Origin: Gemmata obscuriglobus
GTDB lineage: Bacteria; Planctomycetota; Planctomycetia; Gemmatales; Gemmataceae
Assembly (NCBI RefSeq): GCF_008065095.1
Contig: NZ_CP042911.1
Coordinates: 5,430,001-5,462,000, forward strand
Direction of reading: 5' to 3'
DNA: 32,000 nucleotides
Position 1 is the first letter of the stretch; the number at the start of each line of letters is the position of its first letter. Position numbers and translations under genes: made by a program. Shown here one piece after another: positions 24,644-32,000 of this stretch. The notes below the pieces were generated by a model. The model worked only from the letters and a program-made list of their open reading frames with translations. It did not search any database and was not told where the DNA came from.

Positions 24644-24961
24644 TTAGTGTTCGACCTGAAACCACTCGCTCCCACTGGCCTCATACTTGGTGTAAGTGTC
24701 GTCGGTGTCAACGGGTGCCACTTCGACGCCACCCGCGCGAAGTGCATCGGCCAGCGGCTCGGCCGCCGCGACCTCCACCATGTACTGACGCGACACCCGC
24801 CCGCCCACGAGTTCGAACGTCACCGCCTCGGCGTAAAGTGCTTCGTAGGTGTCGGGTTGCGTGCGAAGCAGGTGCGACCAGAAGGCCGTCAGGCGAGACT
24901 TGAACGCCGGTGCCGGTTCGTCGGCGTTGGCGAGCAGCGTCAGGCACAGGTATTCGGTCAT
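24644..24961 (-). CDS. Hypothetical 105-aa acidic protein, probably co-transcribed with kinase paralog C
   Basis: An ATG-to-TAA ORF with strongly GC-biased third positions, checked codon by codon. It runs in the same direction as the kinase gene and ends 60-87 nt upstream of it. I recognise no domain (MTEYLCLTLLANADEPAPAFKSRLTAFWSHLL...EASGSEWFQVEH). Confidence 0.7.
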   Translation of the reverse strand: MTEYLCLTLLANADEPAPAFKSRLTAFWSHLLRTQPDTYEALYAEAVTFELVGGRVSRQYMVEVAAAEPLADALRAGGVEVAPVDTDDTYTKYEASGSEWFQVEH

Positions 24962-25019
24962 CGCTCAGGTCCCCGGGTGAGATGGCGGGCGCCCTCACCA
25001 CTGTTTGTATTGCTCCCCC

Positions 25020-25048
25020 TTGCACTTCGGTCGGGCGTGAGCGACAAT
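25020..25048 (+). promoter_or_regulatory. Sigma-70-like promoter candidate (TTGCAC-N17-GACAAT) for the PSD1-type gene
   Basis: TTGCAC lies at 25020-25025, followed by a 17-nt spacer and GACAAT at 25043-25048. It sits about 74 nt upstream of the ATG at 25122, in a divergent intergenic region. Confidence 0.3.
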
Positions 25049-25121
25049 CACACCACCTGCCGAAACTCTCGCTGCTGATCCACCCGCCCCGCCGAGCTAA
25101 CCCTATCAGAGGGTCTCTTCC

Positions 25122-27644
25122 ATGCAGACGCGATCCCGCCTCTGGTCGCTATTTGTCGCCGCACTGGTTGCTCCTTGCGCCCTTGCCTCCCGAACCGACG
25201 CCGCCGAGATCAACTCCGCCGACGTAAAGAGCATCGCCGTTTACCCCGCGAAGGTGACGCTGGTCGGTGCCGACGACGCGGCGCAACTGATTGTGACCGG
25301 AACGCTTGCGAGCGGGCAAACGGTGGACCTCACCGCCGAAGCGCAGTACCTCATTGCGGACGGCAAATCGGCCACGGTGACCGCCGGGCGCCTCGTGCCC
25401 AAGGCCGACGGCACCACGGACATCGCGATCACCTTCGGCGGTCGGGCCGTGCGGGTTCCGCTGAGCGTGAAAAGCGTGGGTGAGAGCCTGCCGCTCAACT
25501 TTACGAACCAGGTCGTGCCGGTGTTCACGAAGCTCGGGTGTAACTCGGGCGGGTGCCACGGAAAGCTCGCCGGGCAGAACGGTTTCCGGCTCTCGCTCCT
25601 CGGGTTCGAGCCGGACCTCGATTACGCCACACTTGTGAAGGAAGCCCGCGGGCGGCGCCTGTTCCCGGCCAGCCCGGACGCCTCCCTCTTCCTGACGAAG
25701 GCCACGGGGCGCGCCCCGCACGGCGGCGGCAAGAAGATGGAGCCCGACAGCGACGAGTACAAGCTGGTGCGGCGCTGGATCGCCGCCGGGATGCCGTGGG
25801 GCGAGGAGAAGGACCCGAAGGTCACGCGGATCAGCGTCTACCCCGAACACCGGGTACTGAGCCGGCACGGCAAGCAGCAGTTCGCGGTGTACGCGCACTA
25901 CACCAACGGCGCCGTCGAGGACATCACCCGCCGGGCGCAGTACGAGAGCAACGACACCGAGATCGCGACCGTCGACGAGCGGGCACAGGTCCGCACGCTC
26001 GGCATGAGCGGCGAGGCGGCCATCATGGCGCGGTATCAGGGCATGGTCGCGGTGTTCCGCGCCACGGTCCCGCTGGGGGTGAAAACTCCCGCGTGGGAGT
26101 TCGCCGAAAAGACCGTTGTTGACAAGTTCACCGCCAAAAAGTGGCGCGAACTCGGGCTGGTCCCATCAGACCTGTGCGGTGACGAGCAGTTCGTCCGCCG
26201 CGTGTTCATCGACATCACCGGGACGTTCCCCACGGCGAAACAGGTCACCGACTTCGTTGCGGACAAGGACCCGGCGAAGCGTGACAAGCTCGTGGACGCG
26301 CTGGTGGAGACCCCGGAGTACGCCTACTACTTCGCGAACAAGTGGGCTGACATCCTCCGCGTGAAGCGGCGCCAGGAGCAAAACCGGGCACAGGGCACGT
26401 TCGCGTTCCACGAGTGGATCCGCGAGCAGGTGGCCGCGGACACGCCGTACAGCGAGTTCGTCCGGGCCATCGTCGCCAGCACCGGCGACGAGCGGAAGTC
26501 CCCGCCGACCGTGTGGTACAAGGAAATCGATAAGGCCGAGCAGTTCGTGGACGACGTGAGCCAGGTGTTCCTGGGCCAGCGACTGTCGTGCGCGAACTGC
26601 CACCATCACCCCTACGAGAAGTGGTCGCAGGACGATTACTGGAGTCTGGCGGCGTTCTACGCCCGCGTGGGGCGGAAAGAGGCGCGGCTCCCGAGCGCGG
26701 ACCCGAACCGACAAGACAACCGCGTCCAGACGGTCTACATCCGCACCATCGGGAACGTGACCAACAAGCGGACCCAGAAGCCGGCCGAGGCGAAGCCGCT
26801 CGACGGCGACCCGATGACCATTCCCGTGGACGAGGACCCGCGCCAGAAGTTGGTGGACTGGATGGTGTCGCCCAAGAACCCGTTCTTCGCGAAGACGGTG
26901 GCGAACCGGTACTGGGCGCACTTCTTCGGCCGCGGCATCGTCGACCCGCTCGACGACATGCGGATCACCAACCCGCCGAGCAACCCGGAGCTGCTCGACG
27001 CACTCACGCAGAGCGTGATCGACAGCAAGTACAGCTTGAAGGCGCTCATTAAGACGATCTGCAAGAGCCGGACGTACCAGCTCTCGAGCGCGCCGAACGA
27101 GTTCAACAAGCACGACAAGCAGGCCTACGCCCGGTACTACCCGCGGCGGCTCCAGGCGGAAGTGCTGCTGGACGCGCTGTGCCAGGTGACCGACAGCCCA
27201 TCGCGGTACAACGGGCTGCCGGCCGATAAGAACGCCCCGAACCGCGCGATCATGCTGCCGGACGAGTCGTTCCAGTCGTACTTCCTGGACGTGAACGGGC
27301 GCCCGCAGCGGATCAGCGCGTGCGAGTGCGAACGGGTGAGCGAGGCGAACCTGGCGGCCGTGCTGCACATGCTCAACAGCGACGAGGTGCAGGGCAAGAT
27401 CAGTCGCGGCGGTGGTCGGGCGGACCGGCTCGCGAAGGCCGACGACAAGCGCCCCGACGAGGAGAAGGTGACGGAGCTATTCCTGTCGGCGTTCTCACGG
27501 AAGCCGACGGCGGACGACCTCGCGACGGCGATCGAGCACATCAAGAAGTTGGAGGCCAAGAGCGGAGCGGCCGGCAAGAAGACCGCTTACGAGAACATCC
27601 TCTGGGCGCTGGTGAACACCAAGGAGTTTTGGTTCAACCAGTAA
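25122..27644 (+). CDS. Planctomycete PSD1-type protein: signal peptide, two Ig-like (Big_2) domains, DUF1549 and DUF1553
   Basis: The signal peptide is MQTRSRLWSLFVAALVAPCALASRTDA. Big_2-like segments include IAVYPAKVTLVGADDAAQLIVTG... and ISVYPEHRVLSRHGKQQFAVYAHY.... DUF1549-type motifs are FTKLGCNSGGCHGKLAGQNGFRLSLLGFEPDLDY and CANCHHHPYEKWSQDDYW. The DUF1553-type C-terminus is LAAVLHMLNSDEV...ILWALVNTKEFWFNQ. Confidence 0.92.
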   Translation: MQTRSRLWSLFVAALVAPCALASRTDAAEINSADVKSIAVYPAKVTLVGADDAAQLIVTGTLASGQTVDLTAEAQYLIADGKSATVTAGRLVPKADGTTDIAITFGGRAVRVPLSVKSVGESLPLNFTNQVVPVFTKLGCNSGGCHGKLAGQNGFRLSLLGFEPDLDYATLVKEARGRRLFPASPDASLFLTKATGRAPHGGGKKMEPDSDEYKLVRRWIAAGMPWGEEKDPKVTRISVYPEHRVLSRHGKQQFAVYAHYTNGAVEDITRRAQYESNDTEIATVDERAQVRTLGMSGEAAIMARYQGMVAVFRATVPLGVKTPAWEFAEKTVVDKFTAKKWRELGLVPSDLCGDEQFVRRVFIDITGTFPTAKQVTDFVADKDPAKRDKLVDALVETPEYAYYFANKWADILRVKRRQEQNRAQGTFAFHEWIREQVAADTPYSEFVRAIVASTGDERKSPPTVWYKEIDKAEQFVDDVSQVFLGQRLSCANCHHHPYEKWSQDDYWSLAAFYARVGRKEARLPSADPNRQDNRVQTVYIRTIGNVTNKRTQKPAEAKPLDGDPMTIPVDEDPRQKLVDWMVSPKNPFFAKTVANRYWAHFFGRGIVDPLDDMRITNPPSNPELLDALTQSVIDSKYSLKALIKTICKSRTYQLSSAPNEFNKHDKQAYARYYPRRLQAEVLLDALCQVTDSPSRYNGLPADKNAPNRAIMLPDESFQSYFLDVNGRPQRISACECERVSEANLAAVLHMLNSDEVQGKISRGGGRADRLAKADDKRPDEEKVTELFLSAFSRKPTADDLATAIEHIKKLEAKSGAAGKKTAYENILWALVNTKEFWFNQ

Positions 27645-27671
27645 CGCCCAGAGCGTTGTCGAGTCCTCTTG

Positions 27672-27705
27672 TGTCCGCGGGCCGAAACCCGCGGGCATTT
27701 TCGTT
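27672..27705 (+). terminator. Rho-independent terminator of the PSD1-type gene
   Basis: The stem TGTCCGCGGG / CCCGCGGGCA is about 10 bp including one G-U pair, with loop CCGAAA, and is followed by TTTTCGTTT. It starts 28 nt after the TAA at 27642-27644. Confidence 0.6.
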
Positions 27706-27954
27706 TCGCTCGCACGAGCTGCATGAGACATGCGCAACGTTGCCGCAACATTCCGCCAAACAACTCATGAATCTGCCGCCACCTTTTGCGGCCCCGCCAC
27801 AAAACCGTAACCGACACACGAACGGCACACTCAGCAACGCACAAGTTCGCAAGCAATCAGCAAGCCGAATTGAGACCATATCATCGCGGCGCAAAGCGAG
27901 CACGCAAAAAGTGTTAAGTGGTAACGATCCTTTACAGGAGCGGACCGTTTTTTG

Positions 27955-30900
27955 ATGCGCGAACGAGATCCTGACACAAGGGCGCTAACCGTGTCGAAAC
28001 AACGATTGTGGCTGCGGGGGCTGACGTCTTTGGTTCGCGCGTGCGCCCACGGGGGCGGGTCGTCGCGGTCGCGCAGCGTCCCCGTTCTCTCGTCTCGCAT
28101 TGAGGTGCTCGAGGCCCGAACGGTTTTGAGTCACGCCAGCGGCATCACCTCGCACTTCGGGCCGGCCGCTGCGGAACGTGTTGCTACCCAGCACGAACTG
28201 GTGGTGGTCGATCCCCACGTTGCCGACTGGCAGTTTCTGGCCGCCAGCGCGAAGACCCAAGGGCGCGCGGTTCTCGTTCTGAACGCCGAACAAGACGGCA
28301 TCGCCCAGGTGGGCGCCGCGCTGGCGGCCGGCTCAGATTGGACCGGGGTTCACTTCTTCTCGCACGGCAGCGCCGACGGGTTCCAGCTTGGCGGGTCGCA
28401 AATCGACCGCGCCCGGATCGGGTCTTATGCGGACGAGGTCCGGCAGTGGCGCGGGTCCCTCGCTTCTGGTGCGGACCTGCTCTTTTATGAGTGCGATCTC
28501 GCCGGCGGGAGCGCGGGGCGGTCTCTTCTGGACGACTTCCGCGCGTGGACCGGTGCGGACGTGGCCGCGAGTACGAACGTCACCGGGGCCGCCGCGCTCG
28601 GCGGGGACTGGGTGCTCGAGTACCAACGGGGTGCGATCGAAACCGGCTCCCCTCTTACCGCCGCGGAGCAAGGCGCGTACGCGGGGACGTTTGCCACGTT
28701 CACAGTGACGAACACCGGCGACAGCGGCGCCGGCTCGTTGCGACAGGCGATTGCGGACGCCAACGCGGCCGACGAGGCGGACACAATCGAGTTCAACTTG
28801 TCCAATGCCGATCCCAATTTTAACGCCATGACCGGCAAGTGGACGATTACGCTCGCTTCGGCGCTGGATGTGGTCACCGAGCAGGTGTTAATCGACGGAC
28901 GCACGCAGGCCGGTTACGCCGGGGCGCCGCTCGTCGTCGTGAACGGCAGCGGCATCAACAGCAACGGCATCGATCTGGGGAGCGGTTCCTCCGGCAGTAC
29001 GGTTCGGGGCCTCGTTATCAACGGCTTTTCCGGCGCGGGCGTTCACATCGCCAGCGCGAACAACTTCGTTCAGGGCAACTGGATCGGGTTGAACGCCAGC
29101 GGAACGGCCGCGGCGGCCAACGGGACCGGAGTGTTACTAGACAACGCCGGCGGGAACACCGTGGGCGGCGCCACCGCGGCCGACCGGAACGTGATCTCCG
29201 GTAACTCACAAAACGGCGTCTCCGTTTCCGGAGCGATGGCAACCGGAAACACGATCCTGGGCAACTACATCGGGCTCGATCACACCGGCGCGGCTCCGAT
29301 CGGTAACGGCGCCAGCGGCGTACTCACCACGGCCGGCGCGACGGGCACAGCGATCGGCGGAACCGCCGCCGGCGCGGGCAACTTCATTTCCGGTAACGCG
29401 GAGTACGGGGTCCGGATCGAGGCGGACAACACGACCGTCGAGGGCAACGTCATCGGCCTGTTCGCGGACGGAAGCGTCTCGGCGAGTTCGGGTAACCACA
29501 TCGGCGGGGTCGTCGTCTCGTCGGCAAACAACGCCATCGGCGCGGCGTCCGCGGGAAACGTCATCAGCGGGAACGGCGGTGCCGGCGTCCACCTGCAAAC
29601 CAGCGGGGCAACCGGGAACGTGCTTCTGGGCAACTACATCGGAACCGACACCGCCGGTTCCGCGGCCACCGGGTTCGGCAACGCCAGCGGCGTCCTTCTG
29701 AGCAGCGGGGCGTCCGGCAACACGTTGGGCGGCGCGGCTGCCGGAGCGGGAAACGTCGTCTCGGGACACTCGGGCAACGGCGTGGATATGAATAACGCTC
29801 CCGGCAACACGCTTCTCGGCAACTTCATCGGCCTCGATGCGTCAGGAACGTCTGCGTTACCGAACTTACAAGGTGTCATGCTGATCGACGCTCCGAACAC
29901 CGTCATCGGCGGTTCGGCCGCCGGGGAAAGAAACGTCATCAGTGGGAACACGCAGAACGGAATTGCCACCATCGGCGAAGGGATCTCTGGCACGCGCATT
30001 CAGGGCAACTACATCGGCACCAACGCGGCCGGCACGGCCGCTGTCAGTAATGGGGGAGCGGGAATCAGCATCGACACGTTGTCCGGTTCGCGGTCGACGG
30101 GGCTCACGATTGGCGGCACCACCGCCGGTGCCGGGAATCTCATTTCGGGCAATAACTCCGACGGCATACTGTTGCAAGCCGACAGCACCCTCATCGCGGG
30201 CAACGTCATCGGCCTGAACGCCGCCGGCACCGCGCCTCTCCCGAACGGGACAGGCATCACGATCATCAACGCGCTGAGCAACACCATCGGCGGAACCACC
30301 GCGGGGGCGCGGAACGTTATCAGCGGCAACCTCGGTGAAGGGTTCCGCGTGTTCGGTTCGTCAACGTCCGGTAACCTCATTCAGGGCAACTACATTGGTA
30401 CCGACCCGGCGGGTTCGTCCGCGACCGGCTTCGGCAACGGGGGCAACGGGGTCCGGTTGATCGGCACTAACAACACGGTTGGCGGCTCGACGCCCGGAAC
30501 CGGCAACGTGATCGCCTTCAACAACGGCAGCGGGGTGAGCGTTGAGTCGGGGTTGGGGCAATCGGTCCTTCAGAACAGCATATTTGGGAACACCTCGCTG
30601 GGCATCGATCTGGGCAACAACGGGGCTAACTCAAACGACGGCGCGGCATCCGCTGGGCAGCCGAACCTGCTCACCGATTTCCCGGTATTCACCACCGCGA
30701 ACTTGGTCGGGAGCACGCTCACCGTCGCCGGCTACGTCGGCAGCGCGGCCGGGCAAGTCGAGTTCGCGAACAACCGCGTCGAGGTGTTCATCAGCGACAC
30801 CAGTTCCGCCAACGGGAGCGGCCGGACCTACATCGGCTTCCTGACGACCGACGCGAGCGGCAACTTCAGCGGCTCGCTGAATGTAACCGGGCTCGGCCTG

Positions 30901-32000
30901 ACGGTCGCCGACAGCGTCACGGCGACGGCCACCGACGCCGGCGGCAACACGTCCGAGTTCGGCACAAACTTCGATGTCAACGGTGAGCCCGTCGCGGTCG
31001 CGGACGCGGGCGCGGCGGTCGAAGCGGGCGGCACGAATAACGGCACGCCGGGCACCGATCCCACCGGCGATGTCCTCGCCAACGACACGGACCCGGATGT
31101 CGGGGACACGAAGGTCGTGACCGGCGTGGTGGCGGGGAACGCGGGCAGCGCGTCGGGCAGCGTGGGCGTCGCCGTAGCTGGCACCTACGGTTCCGTCGTA
31201 ATTAACGCGGACGGCTCGTTCGCCTACACCGTCAACAACGTCGATGCGGCCGTCCAGGCACTCCGCACGTCGTCCGACACACTGACCGACACATTTACCT
31301 ACACGATCACCGACGGGGGCGGGCTCACGAGCACCGCACAACTGACGGTCACCATCCACGGCGCCAACGACACCCCGACCGGTGGCGCGGTCGCGGCGAC
31401 CGCGGCCGAAGCCGGTGGGCTCGACAACCTGACTCCCGGCCTGAACCCGACCGGCACCGTGTTCACGAACATTTTGGACGTGGACAACGGCGACACCTTC
31501 ACCGTCACCGGGGTCACTGCCGGCGTCGTGGGTTCGGCGTCGGGCGCGGTCGGCTCACCGGTGGCCGGCGCGTACGGCTCGCTCACGGTCCGCGCGGACG
31601 GCACGTTTGTCTACACGGTCGATAACGCCAGCGCGTCCGTTCAGGCCCTGCGGGCCGGTAATTCCGTAACGGACACGTTCACCTACACCGCGGCCGACCT
31701 GGGCGACCTCACCGTGACCGCCCAGGTGACCGTCACGATCCAGGGGGCCGCCGACGCCCCCGGGGCTGCCGTTCTCGTTGCCGGGGGCACGGTCCCGCTG
31801 AACGCCGTGGCCGGGACGGTCGTGGGCCAGGTGGCCGCTCCGATCGCCGACGCGGGGGCCACAGTCGGTTACGCCCTGGTGACCAGCGCCAACGGGCTGT
31901 TTACGATCGATTCGAGCGGCCAGATCGCCGTCGCGCCCGGAGCGGTGTTCGGCAGCCAGAACCCGGGAGCGTACAACCTGACCGTGCGCACCACCGGTTC
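27955..32000 (+). CDS. Giant surface/adhesin-like protein (partial; continues past the right edge): DUF4347, right-handed beta-helix repeats, VCBS repeats, and a cadherin-like start
   Basis: It is absent from the track because it has no stop inside the window. I translated frame 1 from the ATG at 27955 (an alternative GTG lies at 27991), and it stays open to 32000. The N-terminus is ...SRIEVLEARTVLS. The DUF4347 region is ELVVVDPHVADWQFL...VLVLNAEQDGIAQVGAALA...VHFFSHGSADGFQLG...ADLLFYECDLAGG..GRSLLDDFRAWTGADVAAS.N.TG....GGDWVLEY. A FTVTNTGDSGAGSLRQAIADAN lead-in follows, then 8 beta-helix units. Next comes the module GIDLGNNGANSNDG...NLLTDFPV...TATATDAGGNTSEF, followed by two VCBS-type repeats. 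Confidence 0.9.
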   Translation, partial: MRERDPDTRALTVSKQRLWLRGLTSLVRACAHGGGSSRSRSVPVLSSRIEVLEARTVLSHASGITSHFGPAAAERVATQHELVVVDPHVADWQFLAASAKTQGRAVLVLNAEQDGIAQVGAALAAGSDWTGVHFFSHGSADGFQLGGSQIDRARIGSYADEVRQWRGSLASGADLLFYECDLAGGSAGRSLLDDFRAWTGADVAASTNVTGAAALGGDWVLEYQRGAIETGSPLTAAEQGAYAGTFATFTVTNTGDSGAGSLRQAIADANAADEADTIEFNLSNADPNFNAMTGKWTITLASALDVVTEQVLIDGRTQAGYAGAPLVVVNGSGINSNGIDLGSGSSGSTVRGLVINGFSGAGVHIASANNFVQGNWIGLNASGTAAAANGTGVLLDNAGGNTVGGATAADRNVISGNSQNGVSVSGAMATGNTILGNYIGLDHTGAAPIGNGASGVLTTAGATGTAIGGTAAGAGNFISGNAEYGVRIEADNTTVEGNVIGLFADGSVSASSGNHIGGVVVSSANNAIGAASAGNVISGNGGAGVHLQTSGATGNVLLGNYIGTDTAGSAATGFGNASGVLLSSGASGNTLGGAAAGAGNVVSGHSGNGVDMNNAPGNTLLGNFIGLDASGTSALPNLQGVMLIDAPNTVIGGSAAGERNVISGNTQNGIATIGEGISGTRIQGNYIGTNAAGTAAVSNGGAGISIDTLSGSRSTGLTIGGTTAGAGNLISGNNSDGILLQADSTLIAGNVIGLNAAGTAPLPNGTGITIINALSNTIGGTTAGARNVISGNLGEGFRVFGSSTSGNLIQGNYIGTDPAGSSATGFGNGGNGVRLIGTNNTVGGSTPGTGNVIAFNNGSGVSVESGLGQSVLQNSIFGNTSLGIDLGNNGANSNDGAASAGQPNLLTDFPVFTTANLVGSTLTVAGYVGSAAGQVEFANNRVEVFISDTSSANGSGRTYIGFLTTDASGNFSGSLNVTGLGLTVADSVTATATDAGGNTSEFGTNFDVNGEPVAVADAGAAVEAGGTNNGTPGTDPTGDVLANDTDPDVGDTKVVTGVVAGNAGSASGSVGVAVAGTYGSVVINADGSFAYTVNNVDAAVQALRTSSDTLTDTFTYTITDGGGLTSTAQLTVTIHGANDTPTGGAVAATAAEAGGLDNLTPGLNPTGTVFTNILDVDNGDTFTVTGVTAGVVGSASGAVGSPVAGAYGSLTVRADGTFVYTVDNASASVQALRAGNSVTDTFTYTAADLGDLTVTAQVTVTIQGAADAPGAAVLVAGGTVPLNAVAGTVVGQVAAPIADAGATVGYALVTSANGLFTIDSSGQIAVAPGAVFGSQNPGAYNLTVRTTG
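29074..30570 (+). repeat. Eight in-frame tandem repeats (183-195 bp, 61-65 aa) encoding parallel beta-helix coils inside the giant gene
   Basis: The anchor codons GGC AAC (GN[WYFV]IG[LT]) recur at 29074, 29260, 29443, 29629, 29818, 30004, 30199 and 30385. Units alternate between GNYIG[LT]D... and GN[VF]IGL..., so the super-period is about 124 aa. Each unit contains ..NG.GV.......NT[IV]GG..AG.GN[VF]ISGN...G[VI]. Confidence 0.75.
30976..31762 (+). repeat. Two tandem VCBS-type repeats of about 130 aa inside the giant gene
   Basis: Unit 1 is ..AVEAGGTNNGTPGTDPTGDVLANDTDPDVGDTKVVTGV..GSASGSVG..VAGTYGSVVINADGSFAYTVNN...VQALRTSSDTLTDTFTYTITDGGGLTSTAQLTVTIHGANDTP. Unit 2 is ..AAEAGGLDNLTPGLNPTGTVFTNILDVDNGDTFTVTGV..GSASGAVGSPVAGAYGSLTVRADGTFVYTVDN...VQALRAGNSVTDTFTYTAADLGDLTVTAQVTVTIQGAADAP. 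Confidence 0.7.

Noticed and set aside
25539-25559. CNSGGCH in the PSD1-type protein as a c-type heme-binding site
   Set aside because: The spacing is C-X4-CH, not the canonical C-X2-CH. This box is a conserved feature of the DUF1549-type region. I cannot support heme attachment from sequence alone.
26166-27368. 400-aa minus-strand ORF inside the PSD1-type gene, and 25149..25898(-)
   Set aside because: They are shadow frames rich in R/V/H/L. The plus frame carries the DUF1549/DUF1553 motifs.
1-32000. Search for tRNA/rRNA genes, CRISPR arrays, IS elements, integrases, prophage genes or toxin-antitoxin pairs
   Set aside because: I saw no T-loop/acceptor-like tRNA structure, no regularly spaced short direct repeats outside coding repeats, and no transposase or integrase motifs in any frame. 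The only repeat arrays are in-frame protein repeats: FG-GAP, beta-helix and VCBS.

Overview
The window is strongly GC-rich with GC-dominated third codon positions, and it is densely coding: 19 protein genes on both strands. I found no rRNA, tRNA, CRISPR array, transposase or integrase. The gene content suggests a Planctomycetota chromosome, probably Gemmata-like. That taxonomic call is an inference from content: a DUF1549/DUF1553 (PSD1-type) protein, FG-GAP propeller proteins, many Hanks-type Ser/Thr kinases, and secreted proteins with an N-terminal LE-x-LEDR-x-x-P motif.

Gene order, left to right:
- Ser/Thr kinase (partial, minus strand)
- inorganic pyrophosphatase
- S8 subtilase fused to an FG-GAP propeller, divergent from a stand-alone FG-GAP protein
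- NADAR-domain protein and SurE
- polytopic membrane protein, then a membrane-anchored Cys-X5-Arg phosphatase
- an ~840-bp region with no gene I can assign
- two family-2 glycosyltransferases
- PAS-rich hybrid histidine kinase
- long-form UbiD-family decarboxylase
- a 7-kb signalling island
- PSD1-type protein with no DUF1501 partner
- the first ~1350 codons of a giant DUF4347 / beta-helix / VCBS adhesin that runs off the right edge

The signalling island is the most interesting locus. It holds three closely paralogous Ser/Thr kinases that share an almost identical catalytic head (GGFGEVWLARH...AVKFCTD...HPNIVPLLECNL) but carry different C-terminal tails: a cysteine-type LRR, a bare C-terminal tail anchor, and a TM helix plus a Cys-less FGE-like domain. 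They surround a membrane-anchored helical protein with a DUF4375/DMP19-like C-terminus and a 105-aa orphan ORF.

Many long ORFs in the supplied track are GC-driven shadow frames, and I rejected them.
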